Positions 49,198 through 59,893 of a stretch of DNA of 64,000 bases are shown piece by piece. The position numbers were made by a program, and so were the translations under genes. The notes under the pieces were generated by a model. That model was not told the origin of the DNA and did not search any database. It worked only from the letters and a program-made list of their open reading frames with translations. Positions within the stretch are counted from its first letter, which is position 1, and each line of letters opens with the position of its first letter. The stretch comes from Bacteroidales bacterium (GTDB lineage Bacteria > Bacteroidota > Bacteroidia > Bacteroidales > WCHB1-69): the NCBI GenBank assembly GCA_017613015.1, contig JAGAEQ010000029.1:2551-66550 (forward strand), given 5' to 3'.

Positions 49198-50502
49198 ATG
49201 CATTATTTATTCACTTCAGAATCCGTATCGGAAGGCCATCCCGACAAAGTGGCCGATCAGATTTCCGACGCATTGTTGGATGAATTTCTCCGCAGGGACC
49301 CCATGGCCAAAGTGGCTTGCGAAACCCTGGTGACCACCGGAACCGTGGTCTGCGCAGGTGAAGTCAAGACGCATTCCTACGTGGACATTCAGGAAACCGC
49401 CCGCCAAGTGATTCGCGAAATCGGCTATACCAAAGGCGAGTACATGTTTGAGGGAAACTCTTGCGGCGTGTGGTCCGCCATTCACGGACAGTCACCCGAC
49501 ATCACCCAAGGCGTGGAACGTCAGGAAGAGGAAAGCCAAGGTGCCGGCGACCAAGGCATGATGTTCGGCTACGCCTGCAAGGACATGGACAACTACATGC
49601 CCCTGCCCATTGAACTGGCCCACCGTCTGGTACAGGAATTGGCCGCCATCCGCAAGGAAGGGAAGCAGATGCGCTACCTCCGTCCGGACGCCAAGTCCCA
49701 AGTCACCATCGAATACGACGAAAACGACAAGCCTGTGCGCATCGACACCATTGTACTGTCCACCCAGCACGACGAATTTCTTCCGTCGGAAGAGGACATG
49801 CTGCAACAAATCCGTCAAGACGTAGAGCATATTTTGATTCCCAGAGTGAAAGCAAGCTGCCCCGAAAAAGTGCAGGCCTTGTTCCAGGCGTATCGGCTTT
49901 TTGTCAATCCGACCGGAAAATTTGTCATCGGAGGTCCCCATGGCGACACCGGCCTGACCGGACGCAAAATCATTGTGGACACCTACGGCGGCAAAGCGGC
50001 GCACGGCGGGGGATCCTTTTCCGGCAAAGACAGCTCCAAAGTGGACCGTTCCGCAGCCTACGCGGCCCGTCATATCGCCAAAAACCTGGTGGCCGCCAAC
50101 GTGGCGGAGGAAGCCTTGGTGCAGATTGCCTATGCCATAGGCGTGGCGGAACCGGTGGGCGTGTATGTGCACACCTACGGCAGCTGCAACGTCCGCGACG
50201 CGGAAGGCAAGCCCATGAGCGACGGGGAAATCGCCCGCATTGTGAAAAGCGTGTTCGATTTGCGTCCCTATGCCATCACCCGGCGTTTCGGCCTGCGCAA
50301 TCCCATTTTCTTCCCGACGGCCTCCTACGGCCATTTCGGACGTGACGTGTACCAAAAGGAGGTCGAAGTGTTCTATCAGGACGAGGAAACCGTGACCCGC
50401 ATGGAAAACGGGCAGCCGCATCACTACAAAACCGTGGAATTTTTCCCTTGGGAGAAACTGGATGCAGTGGACAGCCTCCGCAAGGCGTTCGGAATCGCTT
50501 AA
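49198..50502 (+). CDS. metK: S-adenosylmethionine synthase
   Basis: [60 protein letters not shown]. Confidence 0.97.
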   Translation: MHYLFTSESVSEGHPDKVADQISDALLDEFLRRDPMAKVACETLVTTGTVVCAGEVKTHSYVDIQETARQVIREIGYTKGEYMFEGNSCGVWSAIHGQSPDITQGVERQEEESQGAGDQGMMFGYACKDMDNYMPLPIELAHRLVQELAAIRKEGKQMRYLRPDAKSQVTIEYDENDKPVRIDTIVLSTQHDEFLPSEEDMLQQIRQDVEHILIPRVKASCPEKVQALFQAYRLFVNPTGKFVIGGPHGDTGLTGRKIIVDTYGGKAAHGGGSFSGKDSSKVDRSAAYAARHIAKNLVAANVAEEALVQIAYAIGVAEPVGVYVHTYGSCNVRDAEGKPMSDGEIARIVKSVFDLRPYAITRRFGLRNPIFFPTASYGHFGRDVYQKEVEVFYQDEETVTRMENGQPHHYKTVEFFPWEKLDAVDSLRKAFGIA

Positions 50503-50523
50503 CACAGCCAACGAAGCCGCCTT

Positions 50524-53500
50524 ATGCCAAAATTCACCCATTTGCACGTACATACGCATTATTCCATCTTGGACGGCATGTCCACCGTTCAGGGCTTGGT
50601 GGACAAATGCCTCAAGGTCGGCATGAACGCCATGGCCATCACCGACCACGGCACCATGTTCGGCATCAAGGAATTTTTCGATTATGCGGAAAAGAAGAAC
50701 GGCAAGACAAGGGATGAGATTAAGGAGGCTGAAAACGAACTGCAAAACCTGAAGGAAAACGGGGCGGACGAAGCCGCTGTCGCCGCCTGCACCCAAAAAC
50801 TGGAAGCCGCACGCAGCCGCATTTTCAAACCGATTTTCGGCTGTGAAGTCTATGTGGCCAAACAAACCCAGACCAACCCGGACGGCAGCCGCCTGGTCAA
50901 GGGGCACAAGGAGAATTCCAGCGGCTATCACCTGATTCTGCTAGCGAAAAACGAAACCGGCTACCACAACCTGTGCAAACTGGTGTCCGCCGCCTGGATA
51001 GACGGCCTGTACTACCGGCCCCGCATCGACCGCCAGCTGTTGGAGCAATACCATGAAGGCCTTATCGTTTCGTCCGCCTGTCTGGCCGGGGAAATTCCAA
51101 GGGCTTTGTCCGCAGGCCAGTACGAGAAAGCAAAAGAGGCCGTGCTGTGGTACAAGCAATTATTCGGAGAGGACTATTACCTGGAGATTCAGCGTCACCC
51201 TACGGACAAACCCGGAGGCAACCACGAAGTGTACGAACAGGAACGGGAGATTCAGGACAGCCTGCTGCGCTTGGCACAGGACACCGGCACCAAAATCATC
51301 TGCACCAACGACGTGCATTTTGTGGAAGAAGAGCACGGGGAGGCGCAGGATTTGCTTATCTGTCTGAACACCAACGAGAAATACGACACTCCGGACCGCA
51401 TGCGCTACACCAAGCAGGAATGGCTGAAAACACCGGAGGAAATGGCCGCGCTCTTTACGGATATACCTGAAGCGCTGGCTAATACACAAGAGATTGCTGA
51501 CAAGGTGGAAAGCTTCAAGCTGAGACATGCCCCCATCATGCCGATGTTCGACATTCCCGAGGACTTCGGCACGGTGGAAAGCTACAAGGAAAAAATTTCG
51601 GAGGAGGAGCTGCGCGCCGAATTCGAATCCGATGCGGAAGGGAAGGGGCGTATTGAGAAATTGGGCGGCATAGAAAAAGTCTACCGCATCAAATTGGAGT
51701 CGGACTACCTGCGCAAACTCACCTTGGAGGGTGCGTACCACCGCTACGGAAATTCGCTCTCGGACGAAATCATGGAGCGCATTGACTTCGAATTGACGGT
51801 AATGCGAAACATGGGTTTTCCCGGATACTTCCTTATCGTTCAAGATTTTATCGCTGCAGCCCGCCAAATGGGAGTGTCGGTGGGGCCGGGACGTGGTTCC
51901 GCCGCCGGTTCGGTGGTGGCCTACTGCCTGCGCATCACGGATGTGGACCCCCTGAAATACGATTTGCTGTTTGAGCGTTTCCTGAATCCGGACCGTATTT
52001 CCCTGCCCGATATTGACGTGGATTTCGACGACGATGGTAGATACAAGATATTAGACTGGATTACAAAAAAATACGGAAAAGAGAGGGTCGCACACATTAT
52101 CACCTATGGCACCATGGCCACCAAATCCAGCATCAAGGACGTGGCCCGGGTGCTGGACTTGAGCCTGGCGGAGTCTTTGCGCCTCACCAAACTCATACCC
52201 GGAGAACTTCCCGAAGATCCGGCCACCCACAAGCCCGCAAAAATAAATGTCAAGAACTGCGTGAACCTTGTTCCGGAACTGAAAAAGGCCTGTGAAAACG
52301 ACCCCTTGGTGAAGAAGGTGATGGTTTACGCCTCCCAGTTGGAAGGCACAGTACGCCAAATCGGCGTGCACGCCTGCGGCATCATCATCGGGGCTGACGA
52401 CCTGACCAAATTCGCGCCCTTGTCCACGGTAAAAGACAAGGAAACAGGCGAATCCGTATTGGTCACCCAATACGAGGGAACGGTCATTGAGGATGTCGGA
52501 CTGATCAAAATGGACTTCCTCGGCTTGCGCACCCTCTCCATCATCAAGGACACGCTGGAAAACATCCGAAAATCCCGGAAAGAGGAAGTGGACATCGACG
52601 CCATCCCCATCGACGACGAGCTGACCTATCAGCTTTTCTGTGAGGGACATACGGTAGCCACCTTCCAGTTTGAATCGCCGGGCATGCAGAAATACCTGAA
52701 GGAGCTGCATCCGTCCAAATTTGAGGACCTTATCGCCATGAACGCCCTCTACCGCCCCGGTCCCATGGACTACATCCCGCAGTTCATCAACCGGAAACAG
52801 GGGAGGGAGGCCATTTCCTACGACATCCCCATCATGGAGCAGTACCTGAAGGAGACCTACGGCATCACCGTCTACCAGGAGCAGGTGATGCTATTGTCCC
52901 GTCTGCTAGCCAATTTCACCCGAGGCGAATCCGACACCCTGCGAAAAGCAATGGGAAAGAAGCAGATTGCCAAAATGTTGGAATTAAAGGACAAATTCCT
53001 GCGGCAGGGCAAGGAAAACGGCCACGACCCCAAAGTGCTGGAAAAGATTTGGATGGACTGGGAGAAATTTGCCTCCTACGCCTTCAACAAATCGCACGCC
53101 ACCTGCTATTCCTGGGTGGCCTACCAGACCGCCTACCTGAAAGCGCACTATCCGGCGGAGTTCATGGCAGCCAACCTGACGCACAACCAGAACGACATTT
53201 CCGAAGTCTCTGTGCTGATGGCCGAATGCAAACGCATGAAAATCATGGTGCTCGGACCGGACATCAACGAATCCGACCTGCATTTCACCGTCAATGCGAA
53301 AGGGGAAATCCGCTTCGGTCTGGCAGCCATGAAAGGCGTGGGCAAAGCGGCTTCCGAATCCATTGTGGAGGAAAGGGAACGCAACGGGGCCTACACTTCG
53401 GTCATGGATTTTCTGCAACGGGTGAATCTGCGCTCCTGCAACCGGAAATGCACGGAAAGCTTAGGAAAGGCGGGCGTGTTCGACTCCTTGAACGACATGC

Positions 53501-54342
53501 CGCGCGAATTGTTCGGGGACACTCCTTTTTTGGAGAAGATTTTCCACTACGCGGCGCATTATCAGGAACAGAAGAATTCCATACAAACCTCTTTGTTCGA
53601 AGAGGAAGCGGTCCGCATCGAGGACTCCGGCATCAGTATTCCGGAGGTACAGCCGTGGACGAACATGCAGCGCCTGCAACAGGAAAAGGAGATTTGTGGC
53701 TACTATGTGTCCGGGCATCCTTTGGACAGGTTCCGTCTGGAATGCAACAGCTTCGCCACCCACACCATTGCGGATCTGAAAAGCATTGCCGAAGCCGGAA
53801 AATCCGTGGCGGGCACCTTCCTCGTCCCATGCATGATTTTGCAGGCCGAAAATCTGACCAGCAAAAAAGGGAACGATTACGCCAAAGTGATGGTGCGCGA
53901 TTACGAAAACGAGACCTCCCTGTTTGTGTTTGGAGATACTTTTCTGAAATACAAACATTTGCTGCAAACCGACTACTTGGTGATGCTCAGCTTGCAGACC
54001 CAAATCCGTAAATCCAACGGAGAAGGGACGGAGAGTTTTTCCTGGAAGGTGGACAAAGTGGAGGCCTTGGAGACCATGCTGGAGCAGCGCACCAAACGGA
54101 TCAGGATGTACCTGCCTGTCCATCAGATAAACAACCATTTGGCGGAATACATCCAACAGCTTGCGGACACCGAGTCTCCGGACGCCACGCAGCAGCCCTG
54201 CGACATAGAAATTTTTGTCTGGGACGAGCTGTCCAAATTGGATGTGACACTGAGCATGATGCGAAAAAAATTGGATATTGCCGCCTTCTGCCATCAGGTG
54301 GAAGCAGATTATCCCGACATTGAATTAAAATTATTTTCCTGA
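50524..54342 (+). CDS. dnaE: DNA polymerase III subunit alpha
   Basis: PHP domain FTHLHVHTHYSILDG...AITDHG, palm/fingers (PGRGSAAGSVVAYCLRITDVDP, PDIDVDF, GVHACGIII, FNKSHATCY), and an OB domain at the C-terminus. Confidence 0.97.
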   Translation: MPKFTHLHVHTHYSILDGMSTVQGLVDKCLKVGMNAMAITDHGTMFGIKEFFDYAEKKNGKTRDEIKEAENELQNLKENGADEAAVAACTQKLEAARSRIFKPIFGCEVYVAKQTQTNPDGSRLVKGHKENSSGYHLILLAKNETGYHNLCKLVSAAWIDGLYYRPRIDRQLLEQYHEGLIVSSACLAGEIPRALSAGQYEKAKEAVLWYKQLFGEDYYLEIQRHPTDKPGGNHEVYEQEREIQDSLLRLAQDTGTKIICTNDVHFVEEEHGEAQDLLICLNTNEKYDTPDRMRYTKQEWLKTPEEMAALFTDIPEALANTQEIADKVESFKLRHAPIMPMFDIPEDFGTVESYKEKISEEELRAEFESDAEGKGRIEKLGGIEKVYRIKLESDYLRKLTLEGAYHRYGNSLSDEIMERIDFELTVMRNMGFPGYFLIVQDFIAAARQMGVSVGPGRGSAAGSVVAYCLRITDVDPLKYDLLFERFLNPDRISLPDIDVDFDDDGRYKILDWITKKYGKERVAHIITYGTMATKSSIKDVARVLDLSLAESLRLTKLIPGELPEDPATHKPAKINVKNCVNLVPELKKACENDPLVKKVMVYASQLEGTVRQIGVHACGIIIGADDLTKFAPLSTVKDKETGESVLVTQYEGTVIEDVGLIKMDFLGLRTLSIIKDTLENIRKSRKEEVDIDAIPIDDELTYQLFCEGHTVATFQFESPGMQKYLKELHPSKFEDLIAMNALYRPGPMDYIPQFINRKQGREAISYDIPIMEQYLKETYGITVYQEQVMLLSRLLANFTRGESDTLRKAMGKKQIAKMLELKDKFLRQGKENGHDPKVLEKIWMDWEKFASYAFNKSHATCYSWVAYQTAYLKAHYPAEFMAANLTHNQNDISEVSVLMAECKRMKIMVLGPDINESDLHFTVNAKGEIRFGLAAMKGVGKAASESIVEERERNGAYTSVMDFLQRVNLRSCNRKCTESLGKAGVFDSLNDMPRELFGDTPFLEKIFHYAAHYQEQKNSIQTSLFEEEAVRIEDSGISIPEVQPWTNMQRLQQEKEICGYYVSGHPLDRFRLECNSFATHTIADLKSIAEAGKSVAGTFLVPCMILQAENLTSKKGNDYAKVMVRDYENETSLFVFGDTFLKYKHLLQTDYLVMLSLQTQIRKSNGEGTESFSWKVDKVEALETMLEQRTKRIRMYLPVHQINNHLAEYIQQLADTESPDATQQPCDIEIFVWDELSKLDVTLSMMRKKLDIAAFCHQVEADYPDIELKLFS

Positions 54343-54407
54343 TTGGCATCATTGTTGGTTGGAAAAGTTTTCGGTTTTTTATGTGTCTAACTTATCTAAA
54401 ACAAAGA

Positions 54408-56831
54408 ATGAAAACAAAGTGTGTGAGTCTTTTCGTGCTCCTTCTCTTTTGCGGAAGCCTGCACGCGCAAACAACAGATCCGAAGTACATGGACGGCGCG
54501 GTCTATTTTCAGCTGAAAACAGAGTTTCCTTTAGCGGCCCTGCATGTGGACGGGAATGCCAGAGTGAACAGTCAGGACGTCAGTATGTTCAAGGATATTT
54601 TTGACCGCTATGAAGTGACGGATGTGCTGCGCCCCTTTCATCTGTTTGGGGACGCGAAACTGCTTCGCACACTGGAAGTCCGTTTCGCACGCTGGGAAGC
54701 TATTGATTCCTTGGTGGCCGATCTGCAAGCGCATGAATGGGTGGCCTATGCGGAGAAAGTCCCGCTGATGCGGACTTGTGGCACGCCGAACGACCCTTAT
54801 TACGGCACGGTGAAAAACCGCAACTGGAAGTGGCATTTGGACCTGATTCACGCGGATTCCGCCTGGAAGGTGCAGCAAGGCAGCCCTAACATCAAAGTGG
54901 CGGTGGTGGACGGTTTTGTATGGGGAAATCACCCTGATTTGCAAATAGATTCAGCCAACCAATGCAGCGTCAGCTACAGCACCACCTCGGGCTACACCTA
55001 TAGCGTGGGCTCCGCCGCACCGCCTGCGTCTGTCGTCCAAAACAACTCCGCCACAGCCTATCACTGTTCCCACGGCACGCATTGCGCCGGTCTGGTCGGT
55101 GCCATCAACAACAATGGGGAAGGCATCGCCTCCATCGGCAGCGGCGTGACCCTGATAGGCGTCGCCGCAACCACCAGCCAATACCCGACCGCCGTACTGT
55201 ACGGTCTGCAAGGCGTGCAATGGGCGGCAGAACATGGCGCCAAGGTTATCAGCCTGTCATTCGGCACGACCGTGCCTACCACGATCCAACGCAACCTGAT
55301 GCAGACCTGCCACGATGCGGGGATTGTGATGCTGGCCGCCGCCGGTAACGAGGGCGACGAAGAGAACGCCATCCTTTATCCCGCCGGCTACAACACGGTG
55401 ATTTCCGTGGCCTCGGTGGACGGAGACGGAAAACTGTCGTATTTCTCCCAGTGGGGGAATGGCAGGGCGGACATCGCTGCCCCAGGCGGATACATCACCG
55501 GAACCACTTACCCTAACATCCTGAGCACCACTTTCTGTAAAGCCTATGCGGCTAGCAGCTACGGCTTTTCCAACACCTATTACGACGGCATGCAGGGAAC
55601 CTCCATGGCCTGCCCCGTTGCCGCTGGAGTGGTGGGCCTGCTGCTCTCTTTGGACCCCACACTGAAACCCGATGAAATCAAAAGCCGCCTGCAACGCACT
55701 GCAACGCCTTTGAATCCGGCTTCCACCCACACTATCAGCGGATACGGCTACATTGACGCCTACGCCGCTTTGCTGAACGAACACCTGACACTCTCCAAGG
55801 ACAGCCTTTTCTTCCCCAAGGATACGGGGCACAAACTCTCTCTAAGAATTTCATCTTCTCACACTTGGACATTGAGCGGGCTTCCTTCCTGGCTTTCGGC
55901 CAGCACCCTTTCCGGCACATCGGGAGAAACCGAGGTGATTTTCACTACTTTGGAGGAAAACACCACGGAAGACATCCGCACGGCGAGCATCCGCATTACC
56001 GGCGGCGGAAAGACAGACCCGAAAGAAATCTTTGTCTGCCAGGAAAAAACAAGCTTCTACCTTCGTGTTTCCCCGAAAAACATCACCTTGAACGGAAAAA
56101 AGAACGCCCGGGACACCTTTTATGTAAGCTGCTCCAATGCCTGGGAACTGGAAAACAGCAGCTCCTGGCTCTCGACAAGCATCCGGGAAGTGACGGCCGA
56201 TTCCTTTGTCGTGACGCTGCAAACCTCTTCCAACAACTCCTCCGGGAAACTCAGGAATGTGGATTTGTTAGTCAAAGCGAAAGGTTTTGATTACGATACC
56301 GTATACGTGACGCAACTCATGAGCGATTTTCTCTCGCTTTCCTCCACCACGCTGGACATCGGACCGGCTACGAACGACACCGTTTCCATCACCGTGTATT
56401 CCAACATAAGCTGGACGCTGAACGGCAGCGCCACCTGGGTACAGGCTGACCACAGCCAAGGGAAGGACACGGAAAGAGTGGTTTTTACGGTTATTCAAGA
56501 CAATACCACAGGTTCTGTACGCTCCAGCACTTTCCGCATCGGCAACATAAGCATCACCAAATCCTTTTCCATCAGACAGGCGCACAACCTTGCCGTGGTG
56601 GAGACCAATCCGGAAATCCTGCGCGTCATGCCGAACCCCACTAACGGTCGGGTGGAATGCACACTGATTGGAAAAGAAGCGGACCATGCCGGACTTTACG
56701 ACATGCAGGGACGCCTTTTGCAGACCCGAAGCGTGGAAGCGCAGCGTGTCACCTTCGATTTGGACACCTATGCGGCGGGAATGTACCTGATCCGCTGCGG
56801 TCAGGCCACGGCCAAAATCATCAAGAAATAA
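54408..56831 (+). CDS. S8 (subtilisin-family) serine peptidase with three BACON-like repeats and a T9SS C-terminal sorting domain
   Basis: ATG 54408 (MKTKCVSLFVLLLFCGSLHAQ). Triad Asp (KVAVVDGF), His (HGTHCAGLVGA), Ser (GTSMACPVAAG). Three tandem ~90-aa repeats at about 55785-56585 (each with ...L.I.S...W.L.....WL..S...). CTD is MPNPTNGRVEC...GMYLIRCGQATAKIIKK. Confidence 0.88.
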   Translation: MKTKCVSLFVLLLFCGSLHAQTTDPKYMDGAVYFQLKTEFPLAALHVDGNARVNSQDVSMFKDIFDRYEVTDVLRPFHLFGDAKLLRTLEVRFARWEAIDSLVADLQAHEWVAYAEKVPLMRTCGTPNDPYYGTVKNRNWKWHLDLIHADSAWKVQQGSPNIKVAVVDGFVWGNHPDLQIDSANQCSVSYSTTSGYTYSVGSAAPPASVVQNNSATAYHCSHGTHCAGLVGAINNNGEGIASIGSGVTLIGVAATTSQYPTAVLYGLQGVQWAAEHGAKVISLSFGTTVPTTIQRNLMQTCHDAGIVMLAAAGNEGDEENAILYPAGYNTVISVASVDGDGKLSYFSQWGNGRADIAAPGGYITGTTYPNILSTTFCKAYAASSYGFSNTYYDGMQGTSMACPVAAGVVGLLLSLDPTLKPDEIKSRLQRTATPLNPASTHTISGYGYIDAYAALLNEHLTLSKDSLFFPKDTGHKLSLRISSSHTWTLSGLPSWLSASTLSGTSGETEVIFTTLEENTTEDIRTASIRITGGGKTDPKEIFVCQEKTSFYLRVSPKNITLNGKKNARDTFYVSCSNAWELENSSSWLSTSIREVTADSFVVTLQTSSNNSSGKLRNVDLLVKAKGFDYDTVYVTQLMSDFLSLSSTTLDIGPATNDTVSITVYSNISWTLNGSATWVQADHSQGKDTERVVFTVIQDNTTGSVRSSTFRIGNISITKSFSIRQAHNLAVVETNPEILRVMPNPTNGRVECTLIGKEADHAGLYDMQGRLLQTRSVEAQRVTFDLDTYAAGMYLIRCGQATAKIIKK

Positions 56832-56852
56832 GCGGAAAAAATTTCGGCTTAT
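56828..56852. terminator. Hairpin between the convergent S8 peptidase and pyrK genes
   Basis: ATAAGC/GCTTAT outer stem plus GAAA/TTTC inner stem (one G/G mismatch), 3-nt loop. It spans the TAA of the + gene (56829-56831) and the TAA of the - gene (56849-56851). No long U-tract. Confidence 0.35.
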
Positions 56853-57619
56853 CGGAAATTCTTAAGGGTACGGCTGTCAAACACTGGACCGTCCGTGCAC
56901 ACGCACACATTTCCTTGCGCAACAGTGGGAGTGACGCAACAAAGGCAGGCTCCTAAGCCACAAGCCATGGTGTTCTCCAAGGAAACCTCGCAAGGGACAG
57001 ACGCCGCTTCGGCCATACGCGCAACCGCTTTCATCATGGGGGTAGGGCCGCAGCAGAAAACCTTGTCGTAGCTTTTCAGGTTTTGCATCAGGCTGTGCTG
57101 TGTAATCAGCCCTTTCTCCCCAAGGCTGCCGTCATCGGTGGCAATGGCGGGCGTTTGCGGAAAACACTCCCTCAACTGCACAGACGCGGCGGTTTTCCCC
57201 GCCAAAAGCACCTGATAGGGGATATGCATGGTTTCCAGCTGTTTGGAGAGATAGACCATGGGCGCGATACCGGCTCCGCCGCCCAACAGCAGCGCGTGGC
57301 GCACGCCTTCCGTGCCGAATCCGTTCCCCAAGGGGAAAAGAATATCCAAGCTGTCTCCGGGAAGGCACTGGTCCAAGGCCCGCGTGCCTTTCCCCACCTT
57401 CTTGACATACAGGCTCAGGACATTGTGCTGCATGTCCACGTCGCAAACGGAAATGGGGCGGCGCAGAAACACCCCGGCAGTTTTCGGAACCAGCAGATTG
57501 ACAAATTGTCCGGGACGCACTCCCTCCAAGTCACCTTGCTGCGGGCGCAGCCGCAGCATAAAATCCTGATCAGAAAAGGGAATATGCTCTATTACAGTGA
57601 AAAGTTCTCTTTTTTTCAT
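56849..57619 (-). CDS. pyrK: Dihydroorotate dehydrogenase electron-transfer subunit (PyrK-type FAD/[2Fe-2S] protein)
   Basis: ATG 57619 (MKKRELFTVIEH...), an ATGA overlap with the upstream gene's stop. RPISV FAD motif, LLGGGAGIAPM, C-terminal cluster MACGLGACLCCV...VCTDGPVF. Confidence 0.85.
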   Translation of the reverse strand: MKKRELFTVIEHIPFSDQDFMLRLRPQQGDLEGVRPGQFVNLLVPKTAGVFLRRPISVCDVDMQHNVLSLYVKKVGKGTRALDQCLPGDSLDILFPLGNGFGTEGVRHALLLGGGAGIAPMVYLSKQLETMHIPYQVLLAGKTAASVQLRECFPQTPAIATDDGSLGEKGLITQHSLMQNLKSYDKVFCCGPTPMMKAVARMAEAASVPCEVSLENTMACGLGACLCCVTPTVAQGNVCVCTDGPVFDSRTLKNFR

Positions 57620-59307
57620 TTGAATAACACTTCTATCGTTTCTTCGGTAATCCAACGCTTCCTGACCGTCAAGGGCTCCGGTGCGTAAAACACGGATTCG
57701 GCTTGCCTCCGCAGCAAGTATTTACCGCTGTCCCACTGCGCATTGCCGTTGCTGTCGCCAATCACCCGGACACAGTATTCGCCTTCCTCCACATAAGGGA
57801 AAAACACGGTGGCCGTATCCGCCGTCTGGGCATCCAAAGCAAGGGCCTGTGTGCATACGGTCTGGCCTTTCGCACGGACAAGCTGAATCATATAGGGATG
57901 TCTCTCAGGTAGCCGCAGGTGAAGCCGCAAACCGCCGTATTCCTTTTTCCCTTTCATGTGAAAATCCAGGGAAAGGGAGTCGTTGGTCAAGCCGTTGCAG
58001 GCGATGCAGGCGGAATCGGGAATACGGAGGGTGTAGTCGTAGCGTGCGCTCAACGGATAGTCCAGCACCAGCTCCCGGGGGCGCAAAGTGTCGGTGCGCA
58101 ACAGAATGGGGCGGACCTCCTGGGTGTCCTTGGTTTTCTGATGCACTTGAAACAACTGGAAAACAGACGTATCCACCGACTGCAAAGGGTAGGCGAAGGT
58201 GACGCGGAAGTTTTCATGTATCTCCACCTGCATAGGGGCCTGGTATTTCAAAGGCGTGGCCGCAGCGGCGCCATCTTGGGTTTTGACGGTTTCTGCGGCA
58301 TAGGGAATGAAGGTCACGGTGTCCCGACCCTCCTCACCGTACAGCAGCAGGAAGTCCGTCCGTTCCTTACGGGAAGTGTCGCAGCAATAAAACCTGAGCG
58401 TGTCTTTTCCGGCAGCATATTCCGTGACAAAAGCGGGAGTTTCCGTTCCCAAGGCTTGCAGCCGGACCTTTTCCGCCGGCAGGTTGAACACAAAGGTGTG
58501 CACCCCAGGCGCATCAGAGGTGTGCTGAAGGAATTGCAGCTTTTCCGGACGCTCCTGAAACAGCAGCAGCCTATGTTCTTCCAAGGCAAGGGTATCCGTT
58601 GCAGAAAGGGCACGGGCGCTTACCTTGCGGTTTTCCGGAATAAAGGCGAAACGTTCGTCCGTCTGGTCAAAACGACGGTTGAAATTCTTGTCCCCGAGGG
58701 CGTACAGGCGATATTCCCCGACCGGAATGTGCCCGAAACGGAATTTACCCTGCCTGTCAGTCAGGGTGAAAAAGTCCGGCGCGTCCCGCAAAGGGCAGGA
58801 ATCGTCTTCCGAAACATAAAGCAGCACACATGCCTGCGCCACCGGCAGCAGGGTGTAGCTGTCCAGCACTTCCCCGCACAAAAAACCGGAATCCAGCGCG
58901 TCCCCCGTGGAGAACACGAAAGAGAAGGCCGGCGCGGCATTGCCTTCGGTGATGTCCTTGATGACGGAACCGCCCACGTCCACATGGTAGGTGGTATGCG
59001 GAAGCAAGCTATCTTTCAAGGTTATACAAAGGGTTTTTCCCTTAACGGCATATTGGGGCGCGTGCGTCTGGGCAGGCGTGATACGGATGCTGTCAGAAGG
59101 GGATTGCAGGGAGAAATATTCATTGAAGGAAAGACGGATTTGCGGCTTGTCCACCCGGACCGTCCGATTGGCCGGTTCGCTTTTCACGCATTGCGGCGGC
59201 TCGGTGTCCTTGGGACCGCCATGCAGTGTGGCACGGGTGGCGCAACTGCAAGCGAGAACAGCCGCAAAAGCCATTCCCACACAGTTGAATAAGCGTTTTT
59301 TTCGCAT
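57616..59307 (-). CDS. Ig-like (SbsA/Big_5-type) domain lipoprotein, function unknown
   Basis: Lipobox AAVLAC-SC. GGPKDTEPPQCVKSEPANRTV...IRLSFNEYF is the usual start of Bacteroidota Big_5 lipoproteins. A carboxypeptidase-regulatory-like segment follows (TLTDRQGKFRFGHIPVGEYRLYALGD). Confidence 0.7.
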   Translation of the reverse strand: MRKKRLFNCVGMAFAAVLACSCATRATLHGGPKDTEPPQCVKSEPANRTVRVDKPQIRLSFNEYFSLQSPSDSIRITPAQTHAPQYAVKGKTLCITLKDSLLPHTTYHVDVGGSVIKDITEGNAAPAFSFVFSTGDALDSGFLCGEVLDSYTLLPVAQACVLLYVSEDDSCPLRDAPDFFTLTDRQGKFRFGHIPVGEYRLYALGDKNFNRRFDQTDERFAFIPENRKVSARALSATDTLALEEHRLLLFQERPEKLQFLQHTSDAPGVHTFVFNLPAEKVRLQALGTETPAFVTEYAAGKDTLRFYCCDTSRKERTDFLLLYGEEGRDTVTFIPYAAETVKTQDGAAAATPLKYQAPMQVEIHENFRVTFAYPLQSVDTSVFQLFQVHQKTKDTQEVRPILLRTDTLRPRELVLDYPLSARYDYTLRIPDSACIACNGLTNDSLSLDFHMKGKKEYGGLRLHLRLPERHPYMIQLVRAKGQTVCTQALALDAQTADTATVFFPYVEEGEYCVRVIGDSNGNAQWDSGKYLLRRQAESVFYAPEPLTVRKRWITEETIEVLFK

Positions 59308-59308
59308 G

Positions 59309-59881
59309 CTAGACCAAACCGGAGAATCCCATAAAGGCCAAGGCCAAAATGCCTGCCGTAATCAAGGCGATAGGGGTTCCGCGCATGGATTTGGGCGTGT
59401 CGCTCAACTCCATCTGTTCCCGCAGACCGGCAAACAGAATCAGGGCCAAGCCGTAGCCTATGGCCGTCGCAAAGGCGAAAATCAGGCTGCCGCCCAAGGT
59501 GAAGCGCTGCTGTATGACCATGATGGCCACACCCAGCACCGCGCAGTTCGTGGTAATCAAGGGCAAAAACACACCCAGGGCCTGATACAGGGAGGGGGTG
59601 ATTTTTTTGAGAATGATCTCCATCATCTGGACCAACGAGGCAATCACCAGAATAAAGCTGATGGTTTGCAGGTACTCCAGATGCAGGGGATTCAACACAT
59701 ATTCCTGAATCAGAAAGGTTACCAGGGTTGCCAGGGTGATGACAAAGACCACGGCACCCGACATGCCCACAGCGGTGGAAGTTTTATTGGAAACGCCCAA
59801 AAAAGGGCAGATGCCCCAAAATTGGGAGAAAACAATGTTGTTTACAAAAATGGCACTGACAATAATGATGAAAATCTCCAT
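59309..59881 (-). CDS. rnfA: Rnf electron transport complex subunit A
   Basis: NNIVFSQFWGICPFLGVS, FLPLITTNCAVLG. 190 aa polytopic protein. Confidence 0.92.
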   Translation of the reverse strand: MEIFIIIVSAIFVNNIVFSQFWGICPFLGVSNKTSTAVGMSGAVVFVITLATLVTFLIQEYVLNPLHLEYLQTISFILVIASLVQMMEIILKKITPSLYQALGVFLPLITTNCAVLGVAIMVIQQRFTLGGSLIFAFATAIGYGLALILFAGLREQMELSDTPKSMRGTPIALITAGILALAFMGFSGLV

Positions 59882-59893
59882 AATCCTCTAAAT

